DNA of 64,000 nucleotides from Candidatus Poseidoniaceae archaeon (GCA_028821785.1 JAPKFC010000002.1:2929-66928), one strand, 5' to 3'. Shown: positions 1 through 9,623, counted from the first letter of the stretch. The notes: generated by a model from the sequence alone, not told the origin. Numbers and translations: made by a program.

Positions 1-49
1 ACAAACCCCTAAACATGCACAAACCGATTCGGTTACTACCCTCAATACA

Positions 50-292
50 ATGGCAGGAGGGAGGTCCAATGTTGAATCAGGATTGCAAACGGGTATGGAC
101 ATAATCGCAACGATGGCTTTGTGGGATCGCAATAGTTCAGTAGATAGTTCAGATGAAGTTGTAATTACTCAGGGTTCACAAGGTGTCAATACAGTAATTG
201 CAATTATTGCAATGCTGGTAATAATCACCATTTTTTGTATGGTGATTTACCGTCAAGAAAAGGATATTTTCTACGAAATTGAGACTGATTAA
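50..292 (+). CDS. small hypothetical membrane protein
   Basis: 80-aa ORF with one hydrophobic helix (VNTVIAIIAMLVIITIFCMVIY); no recognisable family. Confidence 0.4.
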   Translation: MAGGRSNVESGLQTGMDIIATMALWDRNSSVDSSDEVVITQGSQGVNTVIAIIAMLVIITIFCMVIYRQEKDIFYEIETD

Positions 293-425
293 TGAACATT
301 AGGAATGGAATTAAGTTTCATTTAGAAGATATTTGATATTGAACACATTTACAAATTGTAAATAAGTTGCCTAGCAGTGGCGTTACTGCGAGCAAAGTTT
401 TATTGAAAGCGATAAGGAAAAAGGA

Positions 426-1610
426 GTGATATTTTTGAATGCGGATTATGATATTGTTATCGATGGTTCAAATTTGATTAATCATTCAGAAAAAGGTGTA
501 ACTAAACTAATACCAAGCCGTTTAATCAAAGCAATCCGCAAAGTGGAATTACTCGGATATACCCCCCTAACTTGCATTGATAGGTCAACATATAATCAAG
601 CAAAAAAGAAAAAGAAACCCCTTGAAGGAAGTATTGAAGATTTTGCAAAGTTAATCGATGAAGAAGGAATGCGATTCATGAATCGTGACGATGAAATGAT
701 CGACCATGCATTGCAACGTGGAGCATTAATACTAACAAATGACAGATTTAGAAAATGGAAAGATGGAACTGAAAAAACCAAACTAGAAATCGATTGGGAT
801 CTGGTTGATGAAAAATTAGTTCAGTGGTGGTTTGAGGATGAATTCTTCATGCCAGAATTATTAAAAAAATCCTCACAGCCATCAAAGATAATAGGAAAAG
901 CACCAATTAATAGTGTGAGAAGGTTGGCAAATAACAATTCAAATAAAAACGTACAAAGGAAAAAACGAAGTATGTTTATCAAGGTATTAGATTTAATATT
1001 TGATAATAATAAAAAAGCCCAAAAACCTCATAAAAGGGCTAAAAAGCAGCATAAAAATCAAACTAAATCAAAACCTCAAGCCTCTAAAAAACCTCAGGCT
1101 AAAGCGCAACAAAAGAAGGCCAAGCCCCAACAAAACAAACCGAAAAAGAATCCACAAAATCAAAAACCTAAGCAGACCAAACCGCAACAAAAGAAGGCTA
1201 AGCCTCAAGCTCAAAAGACTGCAAGCAAAGAAAAGAAACCTAATCCTCAAAGTAAAAAATCACTGCAGGCTAAAGCACCACAAAAGAAACCTAAACCTAG
1301 TTCAAAGAAGAGCAACAAGTCGAAACAAGCGAAGAACACTTCATCAGATATAGCCAATTTCAAATCCAAAATATTGGAAATACTTCCTGATAGAAAAATC
1401 TCAATATCCGGTCTTGCTACAATTATTAACAAACAGATGGTAGCCGCGGGTATCGAAAAGAACCCAACCACAGAGTTTCTCAAACAATATAAACTCCCGA
1501 AGGGCTTGAAAAAAGCCATCAATACTCACATGAGTGATGAAGTTATTATTACTGGGACGGGAACAAAATTCTTTATTGAAAAGAAAAGTAAAGCCGATAA
1601 AAAGGCCTGA
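426..1610 (+). CDS. NYN/PIN-like (Zc3h12a/Regnase-type) ribonuclease domain protein with Lys/Gln/Pro-rich linker and C-terminal helical domain
   Basis: N-terminal IVIDGSN, D-D (RDDEMI) and ILTNDRFR motifs typical of NYN nucleases; long KKPQ-type low-complexity region. Confidence 0.7.
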   Translation: MIFLNADYDIVIDGSNLINHSEKGVTKLIPSRLIKAIRKVELLGYTPLTCIDRSTYNQAKKKKKPLEGSIEDFAKLIDEEGMRFMNRDDEMIDHALQRGALILTNDRFRKWKDGTEKTKLEIDWDLVDEKLVQWWFEDEFFMPELLKKSSQPSKIIGKAPINSVRRLANNNSNKNVQRKKRSMFIKVLDLIFDNNKKAQKPHKRAKKQHKNQTKSKPQASKKPQAKAQQKKAKPQQNKPKKNPQNQKPKQTKPQQKKAKPQAQKTASKEKKPNPQSKKSLQAKAPQKKPKPSSKKSNKSKQAKNTSSDIANFKSKILEILPDRKISISGLATIINKQMVAAGIEKNPTTEFLKQYKLPKGLKKAINTHMSDEVIITGTGTKFFIEKKSKADKKA

Positions 1611-1626
1611 GTTGCTTAAACAATCC

Positions 1627-4083
1627 TTAGTTGGATAAATCCTTGATCTTCTCGATGAGGTCCATTTGGCGAAGTCGCCATACTCCGATAGGCGTCATAG
1701 CCACAGCAATAGCAAGAACACCACCCATCAATAGGTAGGCAACGTTTGGCACAAGTACGACGGGAACATGGAATTGCCAGGTCGAAAAGGATGCAGCCAA
1801 ACCGACCGCACCACCGTAGGCAAACAACACTCCAACCAAACCACCAAGAAGTCCAATCATCAAACTTTCGAATAACAACATGAGTCCTAAACTCTTGAGT
1901 GAGGCTCCTAAAACCCGTAACGTTGCCAATTCAAAGTCACGTTCAGCCACATTCATGACCATGGTATTGAACATCACAACAATGGTAAACATCAGTCCAA
2001 GATACATCATGGATTGGAATATTTGTGTTTGCTGTTCGAGGATACTTTCAATTCCATCTAACAATGTTTGGCGTCCAACAAGTCCGGCAGAAAGTTCCCC
2101 CAATTCATTGTCAACTTCGACACCATCGGGCAGGTCAAGGTAAACCGATGTAGCATTGACGCCAACGATATCACTCAAATCAGAACGGAGGAAATACATT
2201 GTTCGAGCCATTTCTCCTCGGCTTGAACCAACGATTTCCACATCGTGTTCATCACCATTCAGCAATACCTGATGTTGTTCTCCAACCTTCCAACTGAGGA
2301 AAGCCATTGCTCCTTCATCCATGATGACTTCAGTAATACCGGGATTGAGAGACGGAGTTGTTCCTTCTATAATTTCAACTGACCGCATACCTGTGTTTTG
2401 CTCATAGGAATCAAGACCAACTAAAGTGAAAATACGGTCGACGCCATCACCGTCTACAAGCATCCCTAATTGCGTCTCGATAATCAGTTCGAATGATGCA
2501 TTGTTATCATTGGCCCAATCGATAACACCGCTCTCTCCATCAGGCATGATGTAGACTTGTTGATCCCAACTCTGTTGCTCTTCCAAACCACCGACAAGGG
2601 TTTCTTCAAGACCGGCTGACATCATTTGAATCGAGCCAAATAGCATCAAGGAAATCCCAACTGCGATGAACGTCATTATCAGGCGAATTGGCTTTCGGAA
2701 ACTGGACCGAATAGAAAGGCCGAGAGTTGTCGGCATCCAAGATGTTAGCGATTTCAAGAAGTTCGAACCAACCCTCATTTCGGAGTGTCCACCGAGTATT
2801 TCGAGTGGCTCTAAACGGCTCGCTTTCCATGCAGGGAAAGCGCCTGAGAGGAAGACGACAAGCATGGTTAATCCAATGACGGTCGTATAAACTGAAGTTG
2901 GAACTGCACGGTCAACGATTGGAATTCCAATTATATTCTGGTAAAAATCCAACATTCCATTCATTCCAGAAGGCCCAGCAAGTGCTCCAAGACCACAACC
3001 AATTGCGCCAATAAACAAAGGCGCCATCAAGTATCCAGTCATCAATGAGGTACGGTCGACACCGAGCGTTCGGAGAACTGCGATTTCTCTGGATTGACTC
3101 TGAACAAGGCGTTGCAGGCTAAGGACAATGGTAATTGAAGCAATGACGGCAATCATCACGGTAAAGGGAATGGTGGTTCGCTTGGCTCCTTCCAAATCTT
3201 GGCGCAGGAGCTCAATCGGTTCATTTTGGCCACGGTCACGGACGCGTGCATCAATATTATTTTCGTCCATGGCGGTGCCAACCATCGCTTTGACGGCATC
3301 AATTTCATCACCTTCGTAATCTCCAGTGTTTGGAAGGTCAAAGGAAGGAGTTCCATCGATTTCAAGAATAATAGTATTACTTGAACCAAGTGATTCTCCA
3401 GTCAGTCTTGCCATTCCCGAATCAGAAAGATAACCTACGACAAATTCACCTATTTCAGGTGGAAACATGGTTCCTTCGGGCGCCATCATCACATGCAGGG
3501 GATGGAAGCCAATTCCGACAACTGTGAAGTTCGCACTGGCTCCACCTGCACCGATTCGAACGGTATCTTGCAATTCGATTTCAAGTACTTCTGCTACGTG
3601 AGCATCGATAACAATTTCATCATAAGCAACAGCAGTTCGACCTTCTGAATGCCCCTCAGGGAGCCATACCCGGTCGGCATTTGCATCTGCAGGAATACCG
3701 TGCCAAAGTGAATTGATGATACGTTCACCAGATGAATCGTTATGGAAAAGAGCACCTTGGAGAATAGTTCGTCCCTCACAACTATCCAAAGACATCAGTT
3801 CAGCTGAGGCATCCTCCCATCCAGTACTCAAATTATTACAGAAAGAAGAAACTTGTTCCGGCGTCCATACTGCACTTCGGTTATCAAGCCATAGATCGGC
3901 AAGGTTCCCCCCATCCTCACTATCGCCTTGAAGCGTATCGTACATATTATCGAGACTTTGAGAGTATCCTCCAAAGGTTATTCCTGCGAATACACCAACA
4001 AACACCATCAAGACAACTGCAATAAGTCGTAACTTGGTTCGCCAAAGGCTACGTGCCAAGCGCTTATTGAGTAATTTAGACAT
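1627..4083 (-). CDS. FtsX/MacB/LolE-type ABC transporter permease (duplicated)
   Basis: Two repeats of TM - large extracellular domain - 3 TM, with SREIAVLRTLG and ERDFELATLRVLG motifs; GGAGGTG SD precedes ATG at 4083. Confidence 0.9.
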   Translation of the reverse strand: MSKLLNKRLARSLWRTKLRLIAVVLMVFVGVFAGITFGGYSQSLDNMYDTLQGDSEDGGNLADLWLDNRSAVWTPEQVSSFCNNLSTGWEDASAELMSLDSCEGRTILQGALFHNDSSGERIINSLWHGIPADANADRVWLPEGHSEGRTAVAYDEIVIDAHVAEVLEIELQDTVRIGAGGASANFTVVGIGFHPLHVMMAPEGTMFPPEIGEFVVGYLSDSGMARLTGESLGSSNTIILEIDGTPSFDLPNTGDYEGDEIDAVKAMVGTAMDENNIDARVRDRGQNEPIELLRQDLEGAKRTTIPFTVMIAVIASITIVLSLQRLVQSQSREIAVLRTLGVDRTSLMTGYLMAPLFIGAIGCGLGALAGPSGMNGMLDFYQNIIGIPIVDRAVPTSVYTTVIGLTMLVVFLSGAFPAWKASRLEPLEILGGHSEMRVGSNFLKSLTSWMPTTLGLSIRSSFRKPIRLIMTFIAVGISLMLFGSIQMMSAGLEETLVGGLEEQQSWDQQVYIMPDGESGVIDWANDNNASFELIIETQLGMLVDGDGVDRIFTLVGLDSYEQNTGMRSVEIIEGTTPSLNPGITEVIMDEGAMAFLSWKVGEQHQVLLNGDEHDVEIVGSSRGEMARTMYFLRSDLSDIVGVNATSVYLDLPDGVEVDNELGELSAGLVGRQTLLDGIESILEQQTQIFQSMMYLGLMFTIVVMFNTMVMNVAERDFELATLRVLGASLKSLGLMLLFESLMIGLLGGLVGVLFAYGGAVGLAASFSTWQFHVPVVLVPNVAYLLMGGVLAIAVAMTPIGVWRLRQMDLIEKIKDLSN

Positions 4084-4097
4084 GAAAACACCTCCAC

Positions 4098-4796
4098 TCA
4101 AGCTTCTTCATCAGAGTTGTTAATGCTTTCATCTGAAATGATTCGGCCACTATCTATACGAATAACTCGTGTAGCAAATCTAGTCAATCCTTCATCGTGA
4201 GTAACAAAAACAGCAGTGATATTTTCTCGTTCACAAGCATGAACTAAGGCTTCCAAAACTTTGTTTGAAGTTTCTGTATCAAGATTGCCTGTCAGTTCAT
4301 CGCCAAGCAACAGTGTTGGGCGCTTGGCAATGCTTCGAGCAATGGCAACACGTTGTTGTTGACCACCACTTATTTCTCCAGGAAAACGGTCAACCTCGGC
4401 TTCAAGACCAACCAGTTCAAGTAATTCCTTGGCCCGTTCAACATCTTTTTTGCCAGCGAGTTCTTGGATCAAGAGGATATTCTCGAGTACGGTGAGGTCT
4501 TGAAGAAGGTTGAAAAATTGGAAGACATAACCAATGTTATTTCGGCGGAATGTGGTCATTTTTTCAGAATGTTTTCGTGGCACTTCGCTCTCTTGGAATA
4601 GGTAACTTCCTTCGGTTGGGCTATCCAGTGCAGACAAGCAGTTGAGCAGTGTTGTTTTTCCTGAGCCAGAAGGTCCGAGAAGAATGACTCTTTCACCTTC
4701 ATGAATTTCCAGGTTAATTCCATCAAGGGCTTTGACGACACCTGCTGGAGTATTGTAATAACGTTCTATGTTTTTCATTTCGAGTAGTTTCATCAT
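4098..4796 (-). CDS. ABC transporter ATP-binding protein (LolD/MacB-like)
   Basis: Walker A GPSGSGKT, signature ISGGQQQRVAIAR, Walker B LLLGDE, H-loop VTHD. Confidence 0.95.
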   Translation of the reverse strand: MMKLLEMKNIERYYNTPAGVVKALDGINLEIHEGERVILLGPSGSGKTTLLNCLSALDSPTEGSYLFQESEVPRKHSEKMTTFRRNNIGYVFQFFNLLQDLTVLENILLIQELAGKKDVERAKELLELVGLEAEVDRFPGEISGGQQQRVAIARSIAKRPTLLLGDELTGNLDTETSNKVLEALVHACERENITAVFVTHDEGLTRFATRVIRIDSGRIISDESINNSDEEA

Positions 4797-4814
4797 TTCA
4801 CCTTCTTTGTTGCA

Positions 4815-5423
4815 TTAATTCACTTGAACTCGCGACATGATGACTTCGATTGAAACATCTATCTGTTCATCATTATCATTGAATGGAATTGTACTATCGA
4901 CATTTAGAGACACATCGGTTTCAATTTCGAATGGGGGTTGTAAATAGTCAACATCTAACTCTTCAGTCAAATCCTGCCATCTCATTTCTAGTATTATCAA
5001 GGAGCAATCGCTAACAGAACCTGATGTCGTTGATGTCACTGGTTCATCTCCACTATCCCCAGTAATCATTAATTCTGCACTAACGGTGTCGCAATCTCCA
5101 TCGCCTGTTGCAGTTTCATCATATGAGATTTCAACAATGACTGAAGTTAATATCCAACCATCTGCACTCCAATTTTCTTGGAATGCCGAATTAACACTCT
5201 CACTACCCCCATCCTGTAGAACGAAATTCCAAGTGTCGGTGAGAGTTATGTTCTCTGTCATGAATTCTGAAGGGCCCGCTCCAGTATTAGTTGAATCAGC
5301 GAAAGATGGGCTAAACAACACAGCTCCAGCGTGCAGAATGATAAAGAGCACAGATACGGATACGAGAATTAAAAAATCCTTCTCCTTTTCCAAGGTCTTC
5401 GGTTTGAAGTCCTCATTCAGCAT
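4815..5423 (-). CDS. hypothetical membrane-anchored/secreted acidic beta-rich protein
   Basis: N-terminal hydrophobic helix, acidic extracellular part with a Cys pair; start overlaps the upstream stop codon (TGATG). Confidence 0.7.
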   Translation of the reverse strand: MLNEDFKPKTLEKEKDFLILVSVSVLFIILHAGAVLFSPSFADSTNTGAGPSEFMTENITLTDTWNFVLQDGGSESVNSAFQENWSADGWILTSVIVEISYDETATGDGDCDTVSAELMITGDSGDEPVTSTTSGSVSDCSLIILEMRWQDLTEELDVDYLQPPFEIETDVSLNVDSTIPFNDNDEQIDVSIEVIMSRVQVN

Positions 5424-6697
5424 CAGATATTCCCTCCGACTAGTATTCCGAGTCCAAATGTTAACACCACGACTGCGAAAGTTAACATCATCAATCGATA
5501 GGGATCTTCATCTTCAAAATAACCTTCTGATACAGGTAAAATCTTCTCATCTGCTCGATCAGCAAGATTCTCGAAGATTCTATCCTCCCAACCGATGGCA
5601 AAGGCAAGAAATACACCAATCAATGCCGCAGAAAGCAATTGAGGCATTGGGATGAATGCCTGAATAATTTCAAAGAAGGCTGAAGCCCAAACGGTAATGA
5701 TCAGTAGGGCGATAACCCTAGTACGTTTCCTGACCTTTTCGTTTGTTAGATCGAATAGATTGAAGCGCAAGGCAACGATGATAAGAATCAAAGGACGGAT
5801 AAGACCGAATGTTCCAGTGACAACGAAATAATTCCAAAGTGAAGCAAATTCCCCATCGACTGGAACGAGGAGTTGCACTAGATAATTCGCCAATCCAAAC
5901 AAAAGATAGGCAAGAGCAAGACCAATAACAGTGTAATCTCTTTTATCGCGGTTTGTAATTCCTTCTTTGATGACGATTGCAAAGAGAGTTATCGTTACTA
6001 GTGGTCCATTGAGGACTAGCATGAGATGAACGAGAGTTTCACTTAACATCCCCCCCTCAAGGAATGATCCGGTGAAAAGTTCTCGCCGGTCAAAGAAGAG
6101 AGTATATGGCCAGAGCATAATCGAAGATCCAATGAATGCAAAGAAAAGGAATGCTGATGAAATAGCGACGTTGCGATACTTTGGATCGTCATCGGTTCGG
6201 TAAAGGAGGTACCACCTCGCTGTAACCAATGCGCTGATGCCGATTGCTGTCACCGCTCCGATGTTGTAGGCAAGATATATTCCGGTATTCCCTCCAAACT
6301 TATAATTTGATAACAGGAGACTCACGCACATCATGGCGACCAACATTGAACCAAGTCTGATAGTGTTCTTTCTTTCCGCCATAATTGGTATTGGGAAAAC
6401 AGTGAATAAAATCCCTATCTGAATCATCGTAAACAAATTGAGCACGCTACTGATAGACAATAAATACTTGGTGACTTCAGGTGAGAATCCAAACAAATCG
6501 GTGTCGGCACGGAGATAATAGATTATAAAAATTAAAGAATTGACCATAAAGAGTAAGCCCATTTGCATTAATCCAACTCTCAATGTGTTGGAGGTTTTTT
6601 CATCCTTCAATGATAGCCAAAGAAAAGCGACTCCCATTAGGGCAGACAATCCAAATGAGAGAATAATGAGTTCTTCTACTGAACCTGTACCAGCCAT
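5423..6697 (-). CDS. multi-pass membrane protein of unknown function
   Basis: About 11-12 hydrophobic helices; GGTGAGG SD-like sequence before ATG at 6697. Confidence 0.75.
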   Translation of the reverse strand: MAGTGSVEELIILSFGLSALMGVAFLWLSLKDEKTSNTLRVGLMQMGLLFMVNSLIFIIYYLRADTDLFGFSPEVTKYLLSISSVLNLFTMIQIGILFTVFPIPIMAERKNTIRLGSMLVAMMCVSLLLSNYKFGGNTGIYLAYNIGAVTAIGISALVTARWYLLYRTDDDPKYRNVAISSAFLFFAFIGSSIMLWPYTLFFDRRELFTGSFLEGGMLSETLVHLMLVLNGPLVTITLFAIVIKEGITNRDKRDYTVIGLALAYLLFGLANYLVQLLVPVDGEFASLWNYFVVTGTFGLIRPLILIIVALRFNLFDLTNEKVRKRTRVIALLIITVWASAFFEIIQAFIPMPQLLSAALIGVFLAFAIGWEDRIFENLADRADEKILPVSEGYFEDEDPYRLMMLTFAVVVLTFGLGILVGGNI

Positions 6698-6809
6698 ACC
6701 CTCACCGTGCTGAAACAATCGGCCCTCTCATATCAATTAATTGCCAATGAGTGAAATTTATTTGAGATTGGTGCTTGAGGAAGAGCACAACCTAATGGAT
6801 GGTCAAAAT

Positions 6810-6871
6810 TGGTCCCCGCTCCCATGAGAGAGGATACAACAGAAATCGCCCAACCTCTCGATAGAGCGGGG
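6810..6871 (-). ncRNA. putative tRNA-Tyr-like minihelix RNA ending in ACCA (includes a 15-bp copy of the tRNA 3' end)
   Basis: Minus strand CCCCGCTCTATCGAGAGG-N20-CCTCTCTCATGGGAGCGGGG-A-CCA folds into a long hairpin with a 7-bp acceptor-like stem; 6810-6824 is identical to 6900-6914. Confidence 0.45.
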
Positions 6872-6899
6872 AACACGATAAAATCTGATGCTATCGAAG

Positions 6900-7004
6900 T
6901 GGTCCCCGCTCCCAGACTTGAACTGGGGACACCCTGATGTCTGCTGAGACGTTTTGTAATAATACAACTACAGTCAGGTGCTCTACCAACTGAGCTAAGC
7001 GAGG
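6900..7004 (-). tRNA. trnY: tRNA-Tyr(GTA) with 29-nt canonical intron (6939-6967) and encoded CCA
   Basis: Acceptor CCTCGCT/AGCGGGG with C1-G72 and A73; D arm GCTC-AGTTGGTA-GAGC; anticodon stem CCTGA/TCAGG; TTCAAG T-loop; bulge-helix-bulge (CTGT:GCAG helix, AGT and ACA bulges) at position 37/38. Confidence 0.97.
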
Positions 7005-7090
7005 TAATCCGTCGCACTTGGCTCCACTACTTAACCCCAACCGCACGACGACAAGGCCATTTTACTATCAGTGACCAAGAGACTTGACGC

Positions 7091-7804
7091 CTACTGCTTT
7101 AGTCGACGTTGTCTAAGTGCCTCTACTGCAAGAACACTAACCGCAACTTGCAAGTTATAAGAAGGGACAAATCCGTCCATCGGCAAAATTACTATTTCAT
7201 CAGCCGCATCTTGAACCAATTGGCTAACTCCATGTTTTTCGGCTCCTACAACCAATAGCACATCGCCGGTCATATCAACATCCCAAGGCCCTACTTTACC
7301 AGTATCTTCAGCCACGATTATCCTGACTTTATTGGATTTTGCCGCTTCTAAAATCTCTTCACTAGTCGAATAGACAACGGGAAGAAAGCGATCGGCCCTC
7401 ATGCTGGCTCTGCGAATAGTTCTTCTCTCCTCATGAGTTTTAGCAACATTGAGAACAACTGCATCCGCTCCTGAAACTTCCGCAGTTCGTATTGTAAAGC
7501 CGAGGTTTGTTGAATATTCAACTCCGTCAAAGAACCAAATCGTTCCACCTCTTTGCATAACTTCATCAAGAGTTCCTTCAATCGTTCTTCCAATCAAAGC
7601 CAAAGCATCTTGTGCACCATCATGTGACATTCTCCACAAGTCATTGGTTGAACCTTCTTGTAAAGGAACTCCATTTTGTTGACAAAGTTCCCTAATTAGA
7701 GCAGTATCTTTCTCTCTATCGACCAATACCATGTCCAAGTCTTGTCCTTGTTGTAATGCCGCGAGGACCGCATCTCTTCCGGTCACTTGGCCTGCCATGA
7801 CCAT
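7091..7804 (-). CDS. TrmH/SpoU family RNA 2'-O-methyltransferase
   Basis: SPOUT motifs NLGFTIRTA, VVGAEKHGVS, ILPMDGFVPSYNLQVA. Confidence 0.9.
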   Translation of the reverse strand: MVMAGQVTGRDAVLAALQQGQDLDMVLVDREKDTALIRELCQQNGVPLQEGSTNDLWRMSHDGAQDALALIGRTIEGTLDEVMQRGGTIWFFDGVEYSTNLGFTIRTAEVSGADAVVLNVAKTHEERRTIRRASMRADRFLPVVYSTSEEILEAAKSNKVRIIVAEDTGKVGPWDVDMTGDVLLVVGAEKHGVSQLVQDAADEIVILPMDGFVPSYNLQVAVSVLAVEALRQRRLKQ

Positions 7805-7838
7805 CCGTTGTGCAAACTGCTCAAGAGCCTGCTCATCG

Positions 7839-8372
7839 TCAAACTCTTTCGTTATTGATTCTCCATTGCATTGTCATCACAGAAACAGAATACCATGCTG
7901 CCAATGCGATCATTACTGAAATTAACCACCAAACTGGCGACCAACTCCAAGGATCGCCAACACCTTCTATTTGCCCAGGTAACGGGAAAAAGGGCCACAT
8001 AGACCATGCTCCCGTGTGTGATATGATGTCGATAGCGGCATGACTAGCCCATGCTACTAACGTCCAAGTTCGCCAATTTTTGTGTTTGAAATAAATAAAA
8101 ACCAATAATGGCAAAAGAAGAGAATGGGTAAACCAGTATCCAGCAAGCCACATAGAATCCTCAGCCCCAATCCAATGTGCAGGGTCATAGATCCAAGGCC
8201 AATCACCTGCTGACCATGCAAAAACAAATTGTGCAGGAATAGCTGCAAAATCAGGCGCAGTACCTAAAAACGCCCCTATCCATCTTCCACGTTTTCGTTG
8301 TTGAGACGGCTTTTCCCACAATGCTAGTTCGGCGATAATGGCGCCGATGATAGCATGGGTAATCATGTCCAT
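7839..8372 (-). CDS. membrane-bound metal-dependent hydrolase (YdjM-like)
   Basis: THAIIG, APD, THS and SHAAIDI motifs in a hydrophobic protein. Confidence 0.75.
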   Translation of the reverse strand: MDMITHAIIGAIIAELALWEKPSQQRKRGRWIGAFLGTAPDFAAIPAQFVFAWSAGDWPWIYDPAHWIGAEDSMWLAGYWFTHSLLLPLLVFIYFKHKNWRTWTLVAWASHAAIDIISHTGAWSMWPFFPLPGQIEGVGDPWSWSPVWWLISVMIALAAWYSVSVMTMQWRINNERV

Positions 8373-8640
8373 GTGGTTCCGTAAAAGCCCCAACTAAAAT
8401 AATCATTGTTACAGACATTGGGGATATTATTTTGACAAGACAAGAATTACAAGAAAGGCAGTAATTATTACTATTTATTCAGGTGTTTGGTGGGCCAATA
8501 GTGTGAAATAATGATGTTAAGCAAAGTGAATTATCGGCGTATAGGATTGCCATTCGCGACATAGCACTCCGTTTAGCCGCGTGGACAGACTCATAAAGGG
8601 GAGTTAGGTCGGCAGAACGCTGAGAAGCAGAGTGTTCAAC

Positions 8641-9243
8641 ATGTCACAAGGATTGTATCATCATATTCGTGCTACTTGGAAGCGTCCAAATGATGCACTT
8701 CCTCACATGTATCGTCAGACTCGTATGGCAGAATGGCGCCGAGAGCCGGTAAATTGCCGTATCGAGCGTCCTACTCGTTTAGATGCTGCTCGCAGACTAG
8801 GTTACAAAGCAAAGCAAGGCGTTGTTGTAATCAGAACTAGAGTCCGCCGTGGTGGACTTCGTAAGAGTAAGATTAACATGAAGCGTAAGCCATCCAAGAT
8901 GGGTATGAAGAAGATTACCATGGGTAAGAATATTCAGCGTATGGCAGAAGAGCGTGTTGCACGTCACTTCCCTAATTTAGAAGTCCTAAACTCCTATTGG
9001 GTTGGCCAAGATGGAAAGCACAAGTTCTACGAAGTTATCATGATCGATACCGACCACCCATCAATAATCGCTGACAAGCAACTTGGTGTATTCTCCCGAG
9101 CAAATGGAAACAAGTCCCACCGTGGACGTGTTTACCGTGGTATGACCTCTGCTGGAAAGCGCGGTCGTGGATTGTTCAACAAGGGTAAGGGTGCAGAAAA
9201 GCTACGTCCTTCTCTAAAGGCAAACCTGAATCGTGGAAAGTGA
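8641..9243 (+). CDS. rpl15e: 50S ribosomal protein L15e
   Basis: RIERPTRLDAARRLGYKAKQG and LEVLNSYWVGQDGKHKFYEVI signatures. Confidence 0.98.
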   Translation: MSQGLYHHIRATWKRPNDALPHMYRQTRMAEWRREPVNCRIERPTRLDAARRLGYKAKQGVVVIRTRVRRGGLRKSKINMKRKPSKMGMKKITMGKNIQRMAEERVARHFPNLEVLNSYWVGQDGKHKFYEVIMIDTDHPSIIADKQLGVFSRANGNKSHRGRVYRGMTSAGKRGRGLFNKGKGAEKLRPSLKANLNRGK

Positions 9244-9355
9244 TTTACTCACAATTCATTTCAGCCTTTGATTTGTTAAGGCTTCATTAATTGTCGCTGT
9301 ATGATTCATTTTACAATAGGCGGATTTATTGATGGGCTATACTACAGGTCAAAAC

Positions 9356-9613
9356 ATGGTGCAAGGCGAAGATGTGATGACGAGACTTTCAGGTCTCGAG
9401 GTCTATCTCCCAGATGGGCGCCGTCTCGGTCTTGTTCACGATGCAGTCATCGATGAAAATACAATGCAATGCACCCACTTATTCGTTAGAGAAACCGACC
9501 CTCAATTAGTTGAGGGAAGTATCCACCTAGCCGTTCCATGGCGCTGGGTTAGAGGAATAGATCGTATCGTGGTATTACGCTGGTTCCCTGCAACTCCAAT
9601 ACCGCTCAACTGA
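9356..9613 (+). CDS. PRC-barrel domain protein
   Basis: LSGLEVYLPDGRRLGLVHDAVID and VPWRWVRGIDRIVVL match the PRC-barrel pattern. Confidence 0.85.
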   Translation: MVQGEDVMTRLSGLEVYLPDGRRLGLVHDAVIDENTMQCTHLFVRETDPQLVEGSIHLAVPWRWVRGIDRIVVLRWFPATPIPLN

Positions 9614-9623
9614 GGTGAATTAT

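Noticed and set aside
1000-1353. Repeat-like A-rich DNA and overlapping 117-aa ORF as a CRISPR or tandem array
   Set aside because: Repeats are short, irregular and in frame with the K/Q/P-rich linker of the NYN protein; no constant repeat-spacer period
6810-6914. 15-bp direct repeat as attL/attR of an intact integrated element
   Set aside because: The repeats are only 90 bp apart and no integrase is in the window; at most a remnant, kept as the alternative explanation for the minihelix
6733-7017. 94-aa ORF on the minus strand
   Set aside because: It runs through tRNA-Tyr and the downstream hairpin; spurious translation of RNA genes
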